64,000 nt of DNA from Octopus vulgaris (GCA_951406725.2 OX597819.1:58156001-58220000); one strand, 5' to 3'; positions 39,480 to 53,043 are shown, counted from the stretch's first letter. Notes: generated by a model not told the origin, from the letters alone. Made by a program: numbers and translations.

Positions 39480-40230
39480 GAGGAGTAAGAGAGGGAGGGG
39501 AGGAAGAGAGGGGGAGGACGAGGAAGTGGATGAGGAAGAGAGGAAGGAGGAGGACGACGGGAAAGTGGATGAGGAAGAGAGGAAGGAGGAAGGTAGGGAG
39601 GGGGAAGAAAGAGACGGAGGAGGTGGAAGAGGAAGAGAGGAAGGAGGAGAATGAGGAAGAGACGGAGGGGAGTAAGAGAGGGGGAGGACGAGGAAGTGGA
39701 TGAGGAAGAGAGGAAGGAGGAGGACGACGGGAAAGTGGATGAGGAAGAGAGGAAGGAGGAAGGTAGGGAGGGGGAAGAAAGAGACGGAGGAGGTGGAAGA
39801 GGAAGAGAGGAAGGAGGAGAATGAGGAAGAGACGGAGGGGAGTAAGAGAGGGGGAGGACGAGGAAGTGGATGAGGAAGAGAGGAAGGAGGAGGACGACGG
39901 GGAAGTGGATGAGGAAGAGAGGGAGGAGGAAGGTAGGGAGGAGGAAGGTAGGGAGGAAGAAGGTAGGGAGGAGGAGGGCGTTGGAGAAAGAGACGGAGGG
40001 GGTGGAAGAGAAACAGAGGAAGGAGGAGAAAGAGGAAGAAGGGGGAAGCGTAAGAGAGGGAGGGGGAGAACAAGGAAGAGGATGGGGAAGAGGGGAGGAG
40101 GAAGAGGAAGATAGGGGGAGGAGAAGGAGGAGAAGGAGGAGGAAGGGAAAGGTAGGGATGCGGAGGAAGAGGAAGGTAGGGAGATGGAGAGGGAGGAGGA
40201 GGGAGGGGGAGGAGGACGACGACGACGACG
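39480..40230. repeat. Polypurine tract containing a 170-bp tandem unit (about 2.5 copies)
   Basis: agtaagagagggggaggacg recurs at 39671 and 39841. Confidence 0.85.
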
Positions 40231-41389
40231 AAGAAAGGCTTATGACAACCAGGATAATTTAAGGAAGAAAAACCAACAAAAAGCAATAAACGGCAGTACG
40301 AAGTAATTAGTTTTACACTATAAAAGAAGAAACAGAAAAGTTCAACGTTTCGAACTGTTGTCCATCTTATAGAAATATAGAGTATAAAAGTAAGGAAACA
40401 AGTAAAAGCGAGTGGCCAATGATACTTTTACATTGGACGGCGTATTTTCATGATTTGAGTTCAAATATCATAGAGGAGAATTTCGATTTTGTCTTACATC
40501 TTTCCGGAACTGTAATTACAGCTTGTTGGTTCCAAAGCGGTGATTTGGCAGTGGTTTTCGAGTGTGGTATTTATTCCGGCCTTCTGCATTGCGAGTTCAA
40601 ATCCTACTAAGGTTACGATGATGTTTGTCTTTCATCTTTTCAGGAGCATCAGTTCGAAATGATGGAATGGCGGAAGAGTTAGTGCATCAATCTTATTGCA
40701 ATCTCTGCTTCGGATTTTTGTATTCGGCGTTCAGAGAGAGAAAATTTTAATCCGTCATTCGGTTTAACTCCATAACCTGGATTTCGGCTGCCTTTAACTG
40801 ACTTCATTCCGTTGCAAGCATTCGTGTTTCTATTCCCCTGCCAGTCTCTAAGTACCAGAAAAAATAAAGGGTTGCGGGAGGTACCCTTTTCTTCTTCACT
40901 AAGAGATGAAAATGATTAAGTAGACGTATAATCACAAGCGTTCCAGCCATGATAATCCCGTCTTTTCGTATATTTAGAACTACCTTAATCCAACATGTCC
41001 TTCTTTTTATAGGACGGTTGAGTTTGATGTGATGGTTATTTGGTTGCTATATCTAGCATATCGAAAGACTACTAAGAAGCACCTGCCATTCGGGATTAAC
41101 AAAAATATGAATTGAATTTTGCATAGGGATCGATTTAATCGATAATTACATGTCTCATCTAAAAATAAGTTGGGGCGTCAAACTGAATCAAATTGATTTC
41201 AGTACTTGATTTAAGGATTATTTTATGGAAACACGCACGCATGCACGCACAAACACACACACACACACACACACACGCTCGCACGCACAAACACACATGC
41301 ACGCACACACACACTCACACGCACACACTCTTTCACTGACTGACTCAGATTGAATTTGAACTCAGAAATACAGCTTAACGTAACGTCAA

Positions 41390-41925
41390 TGACAACAACG
41401 ACGACGACGACGAAGAAGAAGAAGAAGAAGAAGGAGGAGGAGGAGGAGGAGGAGGAAATAATGATGATGATGATGACGACGATGATGGCGAAGAAAAGGA
41501 GAGATAGGGGGAAGGGGAGAAGGAGGAAGGGGATGATGATAATGACGATGATAATAATGACCAGGAGGAAGAGGAGGAGGAAGAGGAGATAGAAAAGGAC
41601 AAAGAGTAGGAGAAAGAAGACCACAAAGAGTAGGTGGGAAAGGAGGGGGATGAAGAAGAGGAGGGAAAGAAGGAAGAGAAGGAAGAGGAGGGGAGGAAGA
41701 GAAGGAAGAGGAGGGGAGGAGGATGTGGTGGTGGTGGTGGAGGAGGAGGAGGAGGAGGAGGAGGAGGCGGAGGAGGAGGAGGCGGAGGAAGTGGAAGGGG
41801 AGGAAGAGGAGCAGGAGGAGGAAGAGGAGGATCATGATGATGATGATGATGATGATGAGTATGATGATGACGATGATGACGGTGATGACGACGACAACAA
41901 TGACGATGTTCATGATGACGACGAG
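41390..41925. repeat. Compound GAA/GAG/GAT low-complexity tract
   Basis: Directly visible. Confidence 0.9.
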
Positions 41926-42270
41926 ATCAAAACGCGTAAACTGCAATTACGTTACGAGAAACATTACAAGAACGAAGAGAAGGAGCCGAGTACTGTAACT
42001 GTAAGAAATTGACAAGCGTCCTAAGAAACAGAATCCCATAATGGCATTTTGAGGAATGAAATTAAACAGAGATGGGGAGAGGGCGGGAGTGGGCGTGGGG
42101 TGGAGTATAAAGAGAGAAAGATAAAACAAACATAACAATAGAGCAGAGAAGAGGATAAGAAAATTCGAATGAAATAAACAAAAACAAACTAAACAATAAA
42201 GAAATTAATAACACAATGATAAAAAAACCAAACATCATCATCATTAATCGAGGAATGAATGAAACTGGTG

Positions 42271-42586
42271 GAGACATAGGGGTGGGCTCTTGCAGAGGAG
42301 TGGAACCAGGAAGAGGGAGAGGAAACTAAGAATGGAGACAACATGTGACCTCGATGAACCTGGATGGAATGCGTCATTCAAAATCTCAACGTCTTCGTAA
42401 ACTTGAAATATGTTTGGCGGCGCATTTTCGAGACATAGGGGTGGGCTCTTGCAGAGGAGTGGAACCAGGAAGAGGGAGAGGAAACTAAGAATGGAGACAA
42501 CATGACCTCGATGAACCTGGATGGAATGCGTCATTCAAAATCTCAACGTCTTCGTAAACTTGGAATATGTTTGGCGGCGCGTTTTC
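42271..42586. repeat. Tandem duplication of a 159-bp unique-looking unit
   Basis: 42271-42429 nearly identical to 42430-42586. Confidence 0.92.
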
Positions 42587-42807
42587 TGGTCTTTTTTTTT
42601 TTTTTTTTTCCTAACGTTGAAAAGTCTTGTACATTTATTTATCTATGTCTTGTTTCGTTTATTTTTTTTATATTTCGTTTGAACCGTGACAAAGTGTCAG
42701 AGGTAGTTACGTAAATACACCAGGTTTTGTTTGTTTGTTTTAGCATCCTGTAGCTATATAAACAAATTATTATCATTTTTGTTTAAAAATAAAAGATAAA
42801 AGAAATC

Positions 42808-42882
<75 letters not shown>

Positions 42883-42907
42883 GGTGGTGGTGGTGGTGGT
42901 GGTGGTG

Positions 42908-42939
<32 letters not shown>

Positions 42940-43198
42940 AAGAGGAGGAGGAGGAGGAGGAGGAAGAGGAAGAAGAAGAAGAAGAAGAAGAAGAAGAAGA
43001 AGAAGAAGAAGAAGAAGAAGAAGAAGAAGAAGAAGAAGAAGAAGAAGAAGAAGAAGAAGAAGAAGAAGAAGAAGAAGAAGAAGAAGAAGAAGAAGAAGAA
43101 GAAGAAGAAGAAGAAGAAGAAGAAGAAGAAGAAGAAGAAGAAGAAGAAGAAGAAGAAGAAGAAGAAGAAGAAGAAGAAGAAGAAGAAGAAGAAGAAGA
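42808..43198. repeat. (AGT)n(GGT)n(GAA)n microsatellite
   Basis: Directly visible. Confidence 0.95.
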
Positions 43199-43202
43199 AA
43201 AT

Positions 43203-43675
43203 CTGACAGAATCGTTAGCATGTCGGGCAAAATGCTTAGCGGCATTTCGTTTGCCTTTACATTTTAAGTTCAAATCCTGCCGAGGTCGACTTTATCTTCC
43301 ATCCTTTTGGAGTCGATAAAATAAGTACCAGTTGAGCACTGGGGTCGATCTAATCGATTTACCCTTTCCCCCAAAATTGCTGGCCTTGTGCCAAATTTCG
43401 AAACCGTTTTTATTATTGTTGTTGTTGTTTTTGTGGTTGTTGTTGTTGTTATAAACAGGACAGAGAGCTAACAGAATCGTTAACTTGCTGGACAAATTGC
43501 TTAACGGTAATTCTTCAGGTTCTTTACGTTCTGAACTCAAATCCCGCCGAGGTCGACTTTGCCTTTCCTCCCTTTCGTAGTCGATAAAATAAGTACCAGT
43601 CGAGCACTAGGGTTGATGTAATCGACTTGTTCCTTCCCCCGAACATGCTAGCCTTGTGCCAAAATTTGAAACCAA
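43203..43675 (+). mobile_element. Two consecutive SINE family C copies (43203-43405, 43458-43675)
   Basis: Both carry agaatcgtta..gcttagcgg, aaatcc.gccgaggtcgac, gtcgataaaataagtaccag. Confidence 0.85.
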
Positions 43676-43694
43676 TATTATTATTATTATTATT

Positions 43695-44213
43695 GAGTGA
43701 GAGAGCAGTGAATGCCATCAAAGTGACACTGGGTTAAAATATACGAAGCCCAGTATACCCGTCATGATTACCTGTCTGATAAGGGTACACTAGACACATG
43801 CATCACAACCATGTGTGTGCGACATGGTGATCTCATATCAAGATATACAGCACATGACCTTGCAGGTGGGGCCCAGTTAGAATTTTCTTCTGGTCGAGTA
43901 ACCCATCCCGCTCAAAAGGTCCCTGAATAAGGGTTGTTTAAGTATGTTGAACGAAACACCCATGTTTCCAGAGGTGAATTATTCAAACCCCAAAGAATCC
44001 CTCCCAACACATGGCTATGATGCTCCCCCACTACTTCTGCTCGTGATCAGAGATGCACATATCGTCAGTCACTAAGGGACATGCTCAACTGGCTAAGGTC
44101 AAACAATTGACAAGCAAATCTGTGGTATTGAGCAGAATATTTGCAGTAGCCTGTCTTTTAAACCAAAACAAAACAATGTACATGATAACACTTCCAGAGA
44201 GCCACTGTCTGGT
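43695..44213. mobile_element. Non-coding 519-bp interspersed repeat flanked by (TTA)n
   Basis: Homologous to 9981-10510; TTA repeats directly on both sides. Confidence 0.85.
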
Positions 44214-44752
44214 TTATTATTATTATTATTATTGACGTTGTTGTTTTGCTGTTGTAGTTCTGAGATTTTACTGTATAATGCCTTCGTTTCTGGATTACAT
44301 TTTTATCACTTATTCAGTTTGGGATTCGTTTCTCTGCGTCAATTTGTTCGAGATTATTCAAAGGAAAGGAAGGATGATAAGCAGGCTGTTGTTAACTTTT
44401 TTGTCCATGTTTGGATGAAAAAAAAAACGGGGGGCTTTTTTCACATGTTTTTAATTCAAAAGAAAATGCCGGCATCAAGTGCTTCCTACAAACAAAAGTC
44501 TTTGCAAATGAAGAGGCAACACACAAAAACGAGAAAAATCGGGCAAAATATTCTAAAACCAAGGACTAACCTTTAGAAACAAGCAAAAAAATTATTATTT
44601 TGTGGGGTTTTTATATGAATGAAAGGGATTTTGGTGATTCAATAATAACAACTTTAAGAGCAACGACGGCAAAAGCAACTCAGATTTGCAAATATCACGT
44701 TCAATAAAGAAATGCTGGGTATAAAGTCAAGATTAGGAAAGAAGAAAGGTGA

Positions 44753-46369
44753 CATTATCTTTCTGTCAGTTTGAACGGTGAAGTTCCAGAGGAGTGAAAT
44801 GTGATCCTTTTCAAGAACTGGAGGCGGTTTGCCTTTCCACTAGTTTTTATCATGGCACAGGTAAAGGTTTTTTGCAAATTACCCAGTGAATATACGGTGC
44901 TGTTCTATCATGCATATTTAGATACCCTGTACGCGCAAGAAGACTGCACGTGGAGACAACATGATCAATGGTTTCATTTTGTTGTTTACATACACGACAT
45001 GTTGGGCTACTGCCGTTCTTTAATATGTTGGCCTGTTAGCTCCTTTTAGGTAGACATTGATCTGTTTCAGATTTTAAGCCAGAAGACACTAACCATTGAT
45101 GAGTAAGGGCTTTGTCAACATCGGCATTATTAGCTTTCTTTGGGTATTTGCCAATAAGAGGTTTTTCTTGTCATTTATCAGTATACCTAAGGCAGCAGTT
45201 TTAGCACGGGTTTACATACGCTTAGCTTTTTCTGTGCTTGTTTCCAGTACGTCTAATTCTGGAATTTGTTGTATTTGGAATTCATTTACATATTCCTTTG
45301 CCTATTTTGTTACTGAGAATGATGCTTTCTTGTTTTCATGCTTTAAGACAAGTTTTAACATCCACTCATCAGCGTTTTCAGGTAGATGTTTAAGCCAATT
45401 GTGGCAATCTTCATTGTTAATTCCAGTCGTAAAAGTCCACGGCCACCCTCTTTTCATGGCAGGTAAAGTCGTTCTATATCTGCCTTAAGGTGATGCACTC
45501 TATGCATTGTCAACAATTTTCGTATTTTTCTGTCAAGATTACATATTTCAGTAAATGACCAGTTAATGATATTGAAACTGTAAGTCACGACCGGTATGGC
45601 TAAAGTATTGATCGCTTCGATCCTGTTTCTTGCATTCAACTTTGTCTTGATTATTGTTCTTACCCTGCGGTAACATTCTCGTCTGATCCTTTCCCTTATC
45701 ATTGAATGTTTGATTACATCACCTTCAAATACCCCAAGGTTTTTGTAGCACTTCTCTGGTTCCAACTCCTTTATGACATTCTATTGGACAAGATTAACAT
45801 TGGATCTTTCTGCCATTTTTCCTTCGATAAAGGTAGCTTTTGTACATTTATCGAGGCCAAATTGCATCCTGATGTTATCATTGAATTGTTTAACAATTTC
45901 TAGTAAATCCTGTAGCTGTTGGTCATTTTTTGCAAAGAGCTTTAAATCATGCATGTAAATGAGATGATTTATATTTTTATCAAACGTTTTATAGCCATAT
46001 TGTACATCATCGAGCAATTTCGAGAGAGGTATTAAGGTTAGACAAAAGAGGAGTGGCGATCGAGAGTCACCCTGGAAAATGCGCCATGAAATTCTTACAT
46101 CTCCAGTATTGAGAGATTCATTGTTACGGTTCAAAGTCAGTATGGTTCTCCATGATCTCAAACTTACAGACATGAAGTTTCGCAGAGTAGGAGCTATTTT
46201 ATACATTTCCAGGCATTTCTTAATCCAGCTATGTGGTAGACTATCAAAAGCTTTTTTATAGACTATGTGGCAGACTATCAAAAGCTTTTTTTATCGGCAG
46301 GTTTTTGTGTTGCTTGTGATAATCTTCCAAGATCATCTTATTGATGAGTAACTGATCTTTACAACCATA
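44753..46369 (-). mobile_element. Degenerate internal fragment of Dong family C
   Basis: Colinear with about 26400-28030 (YKKAFDSLPH, IFQGDS, YMHD, RIEAINTLAIPV); 5' end abuts (TTA)n; 34-bp internal duplication near 46230-46293. Confidence 0.9.
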
Positions 46370-46380
46370 TTATTATTATG

Positions 46381-46454
<74 letters not shown>

Positions 46455-46799
46455 CAGTTGCGAAAATGGCAAGAGTGGATGGTGCCACTCTTAGTGTAAA
46501 GCTGTAAGTCGGAGAGGAGAGGGCACCTGTTCTTGGTGTTCAGATAAATCTCGGACAGTGAGATTCCTCGATTATCCCTAGAGGTCCTCCTGTATCAAGA
46601 AGGTTACATCTCCATCATCCTTTCCTCCTCTCCTCTTCTCTTTTTTTTAAACCTTTGTATGCTATGTATATGTCCCTTCCTTTTCAGTGTATACTGACCT
46701 CTTTTTTAATCATTTCGTTATATGTAAACCCCAACACTTTATGCCTACCTTTGTATTGACCCCCATCATCATTGCCAAATAAATGAAATTGCTGTGGTT

Positions 46800-47055
46800 G
46801 TAGTTGTTGTTGTTGTTCTTCTTCTTCTTCTCCTCTTCTTCTTCTTCTTCTTCTTCTTCTTCTTCTTCTTTTTCTTCTTTTTCTTCTTCTTTTTTCTTCT
46901 TTTTCTTCTTCTTTTTTTTTTCTTCTTCTTCTTCTTCTTCTTCTTCTTCTTCTTCTTCTTTTTCTTCTTTTTCTTCTTTTTCTTCTTCTTTTTCTTCTTT
47001 TCTTCTTCTTTTTCTTCTTCTTCTTCTTCTTCTTCTTCTTCTTCTTCTTCTTCTT

Positions 47056-47086
<31 letters not shown>
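46800..47086. repeat. (TTC)n microsatellite
   Basis: Directly visible. Confidence 0.95.
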
Positions 47087-47300
47087 AGGTGGCGAGCAGG
47101 CGGAATCGTTAGCATGCCGGGCAAAATGCTTAGCGGCATTTCGTCCGTCTTTACGTTCTGAGTTCGAATTCCACAAAGGTCGACTTTGTCTTTCATCTTT
47201 TTGGGGTCGATGAAATAATTACCAGTTACGCACTGGGGTCGATGTAATCGACTCGTCCCATCCCCAACAATTTCTGTCCTTGTACCTTCAGTAGAAAGAA
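47087..47300 (+). mobile_element. SINE family C
   Basis: Family consensus motifs. Confidence 0.85.
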
Positions 47301-47309
47301 TTCTTATTG

Positions 47310-47678
47310 TTACTTCCGCCTTAACGAAGGCGGAAGTATTGTTTCAGTCGTGTTTGCTTGTTTGTTTGGCCGTTGACAAAATATCTCAAGAGCCGTTGGA
47401 TGGATTCGGATGAAACTTTCAGAGATGTATGGCCTTGTAACTGGCACGAAATGATTAGATTTTGGGATCGATCCGGTACCCGACAAGGATTCTGGATTAT
47501 TTTTCCTGTTGTTTTACTTAATTTTTGAGAGCGATCAGGTTCATTTTTAGTATTCTCATTTGTGAGAATAGTCGACTTTATTTCAGATATTTTCATTTTA
47601 TAGATCATCTCTGGCTAATCATTGAGATGACGTTGGTGTTGCCTTGGCGGAGGTTTGTGCTCTCTGAGTGTTTTTGTT
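47310..47678 (+). mobile_element. Non-autonomous Helentron/DINE-like element
   Basis: 5' hairpin tacttccgcctt-aacg-aaggcggaagta, short (GTTT)n, subterminal inverted repeat ggcggaggt, 3' stem-loop gctctctgagt, T-rich flanks. Confidence 0.65.
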
Positions 47679-47699
47679 ATTATTAAAATTATTATTTCA

Positions 47700-47993
47700 T
47701 GAAAACTTACAGCTAATTTTGTTGGGTATGATGGAAAGTGTCTCTTATCCACTGCCAGCAGACTAAGATGACACTTGTTTGCTGGTCATGCTTCAAGAAC
47801 CCTGCGAAGAATTCTTATAGTGCCAAGCAATTCTGATTCTTGTAGGTGCTCTACCCTCACATTTGTACCGATCTTTTTCAGCCATGTTGGTAGTTAAGTG
47901 CTGATGCTTCCAAGTGCTCCACTTATTGGTATCATGTCTACTCTCTTCATTGACTACAACCTTCGTATTTCCCACTTTAAATCGTCATAGTTG

Positions 47994-47995
<2 letters not shown>
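47700..47995 (-). mobile_element. Degenerate 3' end of a Dong-type LINE
   Basis: Frameshifted remnants of IP..GALGSI and LLGTIRILRRVL; abuts (TTA)n. Confidence 0.55.
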
Positions 47996-48242
<247 letters not shown>

Positions 48243-49404
48243 CCGATACAGAAACCCGACTGTAGCAACATTACAACCATTTAAAACAACGCCATGAAGA
48301 GCTTCTCCAATAAACTGAAGTGCTTCGTGGAGGAGTTATCCTTGTTTTATGATTTCAAACTATCCTTTTACAAAAAGAAAAACAAAAGAAAAACAAAAAG
48401 AAAGCAACAATATTATTATTTTATCTAAATGTGTATATATATCCTTCGTCACAAAGTACCATGAAATGTAATCTTTATCATAAACTATTATACCATACGA
48501 CGTACAGTAATTCTCGTTATCATAAAGTAGAGGGAAATGTGTTTTCTCTAGCAAAGTATCATAAAATATAGTTTTTATCATAAAATATAAAATAAATTCT
48601 TTATTTCAAAGAAATGTAGCGAAGGTGTATGGATTATTTATCGCACATATAAATATATGTATAAAAATTGTTAATGCTATAAGTGGCAAAAATATTCTCG
48701 AAACGATGAACAACAAAGCTTATGTATATTTAGATACACAATAAATATCTTCATGTTTTGTTGTTTTTAATATAGAAAAATGAACAAGACTAAATAACAA
48801 ACACACACATTCAGTTATCATTCTTGTCCACTTTGCTGTAGCTACTGTTATTTAACCCTAGGCTGATCAATGTTATTCTTTTCTTTGTCACTTTTTAACA
48901 TCGTAATGTATGACTTAAGGAAAATTTTGCTCCTATTCTAGACTTTGACCAACTCGAGCCCGCCTTGTTGGTTTATGTCCACTTTCTTCATGTGGTTTAA
49001 CCAAAATTCATCTCTGATACAGAAGACATATGATCAAAAGCATTATAACCATGGCTATACCGTCTTCTTCCTTCTTGTTTTGTACACGTAATTCTAAATT
49101 GTCTACTGTATACTCAAATAACAGTTTGTTTTTTTAAGTAGTGTGTAATTTAAGGGAAATTTTGTTGTCATTTCTAGCAAGTCGAAAACTCTCTTAAGTG
49201 TTGGCTCATTGACACGTTTCCCCTTCGACCATCCTTGTGTGTAGGAAACATGAATCTAAAACCACATTGTCCATTAAAATCTTACATTTTTTTTATAAGT
49301 GTAAGCTATCGTCGTAAATGTAAATTTAGCTGCTATTTTCAACACGTTTACTGACCACATAGCTCCTCTTCCTGTCCCTCCATGATTTTTTCCATTTATT
49401 TTTG

Positions 49405-49692
49405 CCGCATTTTCCGGCATACAAGTCGATGTTGCACCCGGTAAACGTATACTGTAAACATTCAAACACCGTCTCTATCTTTCCAAAACCTGCTACAGTT
49501 TACACGGAATTTTTGGTACTCAGTAGTCGTTTCGGTGTACAAGTCGACTTACCTTTTGGAGGAGAGGCTGTAAATTTTGGTCTCAAAAATTCAACTTTAA
49601 TACTTTTGTCTAAAACAGGCAGAATTAGTCATTTCTGTTTGGGAAGTGAAGGAAATCAGCCCAAAAAATGGGCAATATACCAGAAAATACGG
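49405..49692. mobile_element. Possible Tc1/pogo-like MITE
   Basis: Degenerate TIRs ccgcattttccggcata / tataccagaaaatacgg; repeated tacaagtcga. Confidence 0.4.
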
Positions 49693-49812
49693 TATCCACA
49701 TACGGACATGCACATTCACAAAAAAAAAAAACAAAAAAAAAAACAAAAGACGAAGACAGGTGGTGTAGACAACAAACAGATGTATTAGTATAACGCTCGG
49801 GAAGTGAAAAGT

Positions 49813-49848
49813 CTTCAACGTTTCGAGCCTACGCTCTTCCACAGAAAG
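49813..49848 (-). ncRNA. Minimal hammerhead-like motif (variant core CTGTGGA)
   Basis: cttt-CTGTGGA-A-gagc-gtag-gctc-GAAA-CG-TT-gaag; palindromic ACGT stem III. Confidence 0.5.
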
Positions 49849-50017
49849 GAACACAGAAAGAAACAAGGAGAGAAAATAAGAATGTGTAGTGGCTATTTAT
49901 ATATATATATATATATAGTTGATGCAAACATGAACAAGCGAGAAAAAACAACAACGCGAGGACGTGGAATAAGTACAGTGTTAGTGGACGCTCAGGAAAG
50001 GAAAGAAAAGAAAGAGG

Positions 50018-50052
50018 ATTTCACGTTTCGAGCGGAGCTCTTCATCAGAAAT
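50018..50052 (-). ncRNA. Minimal type I hammerhead motif (cleavage triplet GTG, probably inactive)
   Basis: attt-CTGATGA-A-gagc-tcc-gctc-GAAA-CG-TG-aaat, within a (TA)n-flanked element of about 195 bp (49918-50112). Confidence 0.7.
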
Positions 50053-50105
50053 ATAGAAAGAGTCCAAAGAAGGGAAGACGGGGAAAGAAAATCGCCAACG
50101 ATACA

Positions 50106-50143
<38 letters not shown>

Positions 50144-50726
50144 GTGTGTGTGTATACATATATATATTATGTTTAAGCCTCTGTTAAATATACAGATGTT
50201 ATATATAGTTGTAAATAATTCAAATTTGTCCAAAAAGCGGTAAAAGAAGGGAATAAAGAGAATAAAATATAATAAACATGAAATAAGGATCTATAGTCTA
50301 TATTGTGATAGAAAAGTTTTTTAAAAATTCACAATGCATGATATTTAGATTACTTATTCATATACCAAGAAATTGTGTATTATGTTTCTACCAGATATGT
50401 ATTATGTGTATTACGTCATGAGTCATGTTGGCTTAAAGAAAAAAAACCAACGAAATATTTTATAATCTTGTTAGTTCGATCAAATATCCATTAGAAGTTT
50501 ATTTAAAACCGAATTAATTTGTAAAAATGTTAATGGTTATACTATTTACTTACAATAAATCCCATCTATTTTGTAATACAACTCGATATAATTAGATAAA
50601 ATATATTAATCTTACATATATATATTAAATATTTGAAATACGATATTATGCTTATGTTAGAATTATGTATATTATGGTAAAATATCCTGCATTTCTACTA
50701 ATTGAAATAATAATAAATGAATGATG

Positions 50727-50831
<105 letters not shown>

Positions 50832-50876
50832 TATATATATACATATATATATACATATATATATATATACATATAT

Positions 50877-50932
<56 letters not shown>

Positions 50933-51299
50933 CTATGTATATATATATATATATGTAGAAATGACCATTTGGTATATATATATGCACGTGTGTGTGAGTG
51001 TATGTATATATAGGTATTTATATGTATATATTTCTAAAACTTAAATATATTATATTGTAATATCTATAATGCAGTAATGTAGTTGTCTACTCAGGTATTC
51101 ACAGATACATCTAGCTTTCTATCTAATAATGATATTATAGAAATATTTAATGATTTTTAGATGACATATCTAAAACAGATATTAACCAATATACTTAGTC
51201 TTCTATTTAATAATAGTAAAGAAATATTTAATGGTTCTTGGAAAACATATTTAATCTATTATTTATTATTAATAATAATAATTAAGGAATATTTAATGA

Positions 51300-53040
51300 T
51301 ATTTAGGTGCGTGTAAACAGGCCGAAACTTGTTCACTCCTTTCAGTATACCATTCATTTGCACAAAGGGAAAAATTCTACTTGGCGGCCGATAAGATTTT
51401 GCAAAACTTAAAATTTTCCATCTAATTTTAAAACTAATATTGCTATCCTTTCATCTGGAGATGAAATTGCTAAGGCTTGTGTTATTATGTTTGTGGAGAT
51501 TTCTAAAAGAACTCATATGACTAGCAATCCTTTTTTCCGTCCTTCTCAAGCCTAGCCAGGCTCATGGGCCCGGACTCTGCGGCGTATGTGTTCCCCCGCC
51601 CCCGGCTGGACGGGACGCCAGTCCATTGCAGCGTTACTCAAGAAACAGGAAGAGAAAGTGAGAGAAAGTTGTGGTGAAAAAGTACAACAGGAGTCGCCCC
51701 CACCCCCTGCCGGAACTTCGTGGAGCTTTTAGGTGTTTTCGTTCAATAAACACACACAACGCCCAGTCTGGGAATCGAAACCGCGATCCTCCGACCGCGA
51801 GTCCACTGCCCTAACCACTGGGCCATTGCGCCTCCACGACTAGCAATTCTAGTGTTCACAAAACATTTTGTTGATCCAATATAGAAGAGCTTCTACGTTA
51901 GCTTGATATATCAGATTCCTAAATTTTCAATAATTATTAAATTTGCATTTTTCTTTAACCTTACAATTGCAAAATTTATTCAGATTATCTTTGGAATTAA
52001 CTAAAAGATTAGTTTATTGGTGGTTATTTCCCCCTGACCGTTTAGACTATAATTTTCACAATTACGCCAGGTAGATGTATTGTTTGCTGTTTCTCGAAGA
52101 AATATTAATTTTATGATTCTCATTAAAATAAATTAATTTTGTATTATTAATTGAAGATATATATCTAAATAAATTTTTAGTAAGTGAAAAACCAAATTTT
52201 GTAAATTTATTTTTACTAATATCATTCTATTTATTAGAAGTAGAGTGTTTATTTACTAGTCTGCGCATAACTTTGATTAAATTAATTTTTATTTGTTTTG
52301 CAAAGGGCAAGATTAGCCAGATAATATTAACATTTACTTTTTATTAGTAGTATAGTAATTTCCTGTGTTTATTTTAGTGGGTTTTATACAAAGTATATGT
52401 ATATTATTTTTATTTCTATTTGTATTATAATTACCATTTTTATGATTATTATCATCATCAGATTTCAAGTTATCAATCTTGTCAAAAACTACATTATTTT
52501 TATATATCCCATTTCTATCATAATACGTGTTTCTTTTATCAGGTCTAATCTAGGTTTACATCTTTATTATCGCAATATGGATATATACATTAGTATTTTG
52601 GTCTGTTTTATCCATGTTTACTACTCCGTTTTAATTTAGGTTATTCTTAGCATATTTCCACAGTGTATTCTATTATCTATTTCTTCTTTATTCGTGTTAT
52701 CTATTTTAATCCTAGCCGTTATCTTGGGTTTTTCACATTATTATTATATGTTCCTGCCTCATTATCTATACTCATATTATTAACAATTTGTTAATTATAC
52801 TTAATTTTCTGTTTATATCCTTCTTTTCCCAAAGCAATATTATATGTCTTTATTTTCCTCAAACATTTCCTGACTATATTTTTAACTAAACAATTACCAA
52901 TTGACTTTGGATGATTACTTTTAATATCAATATAAGTTATTTTAGAATTCGGTTTATGGTATGGTGCATGTTTACCTGTTTTTAGGTTAAAATTCATATC
53001 TAATAGGTTAACAGAATTAAGTTACTTTTCTATTGAAATA
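51300..53040 (-). pseudogene. Decayed second Penelope-like element (RT thumb to GIY-YIG)
   Basis: PYHKPNSKITYIDIKSNHP; IIWLILPF (WFNPP-like); FYIGST..RIASHMSSF..TSLS..IRWKIL..SACLH. Confidence 0.8.
51529..51837 (-). mobile_element. Full-length SINE family B1 inserted in the PLE endonuclease
   Basis: TSD gactagcaat at 51519-51528 and 51838-51847; tRNA-Arg-like head. Confidence 0.92.
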
Positions 53041-53043
53041 TAT

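Noticed and set aside
40338-40372. Degenerate hammerhead on the minus strand (..gttcgaaacgtt)
   Set aside because: Core CUGANGA missing and stem I not pairable
49547-49580. U1-like ACTTACCT plus Sm-like AATTTTGG (snRNA or SL RNA)
   Set aside because: Spacing too short, no stem-loops, and it lies inside a probable MITE
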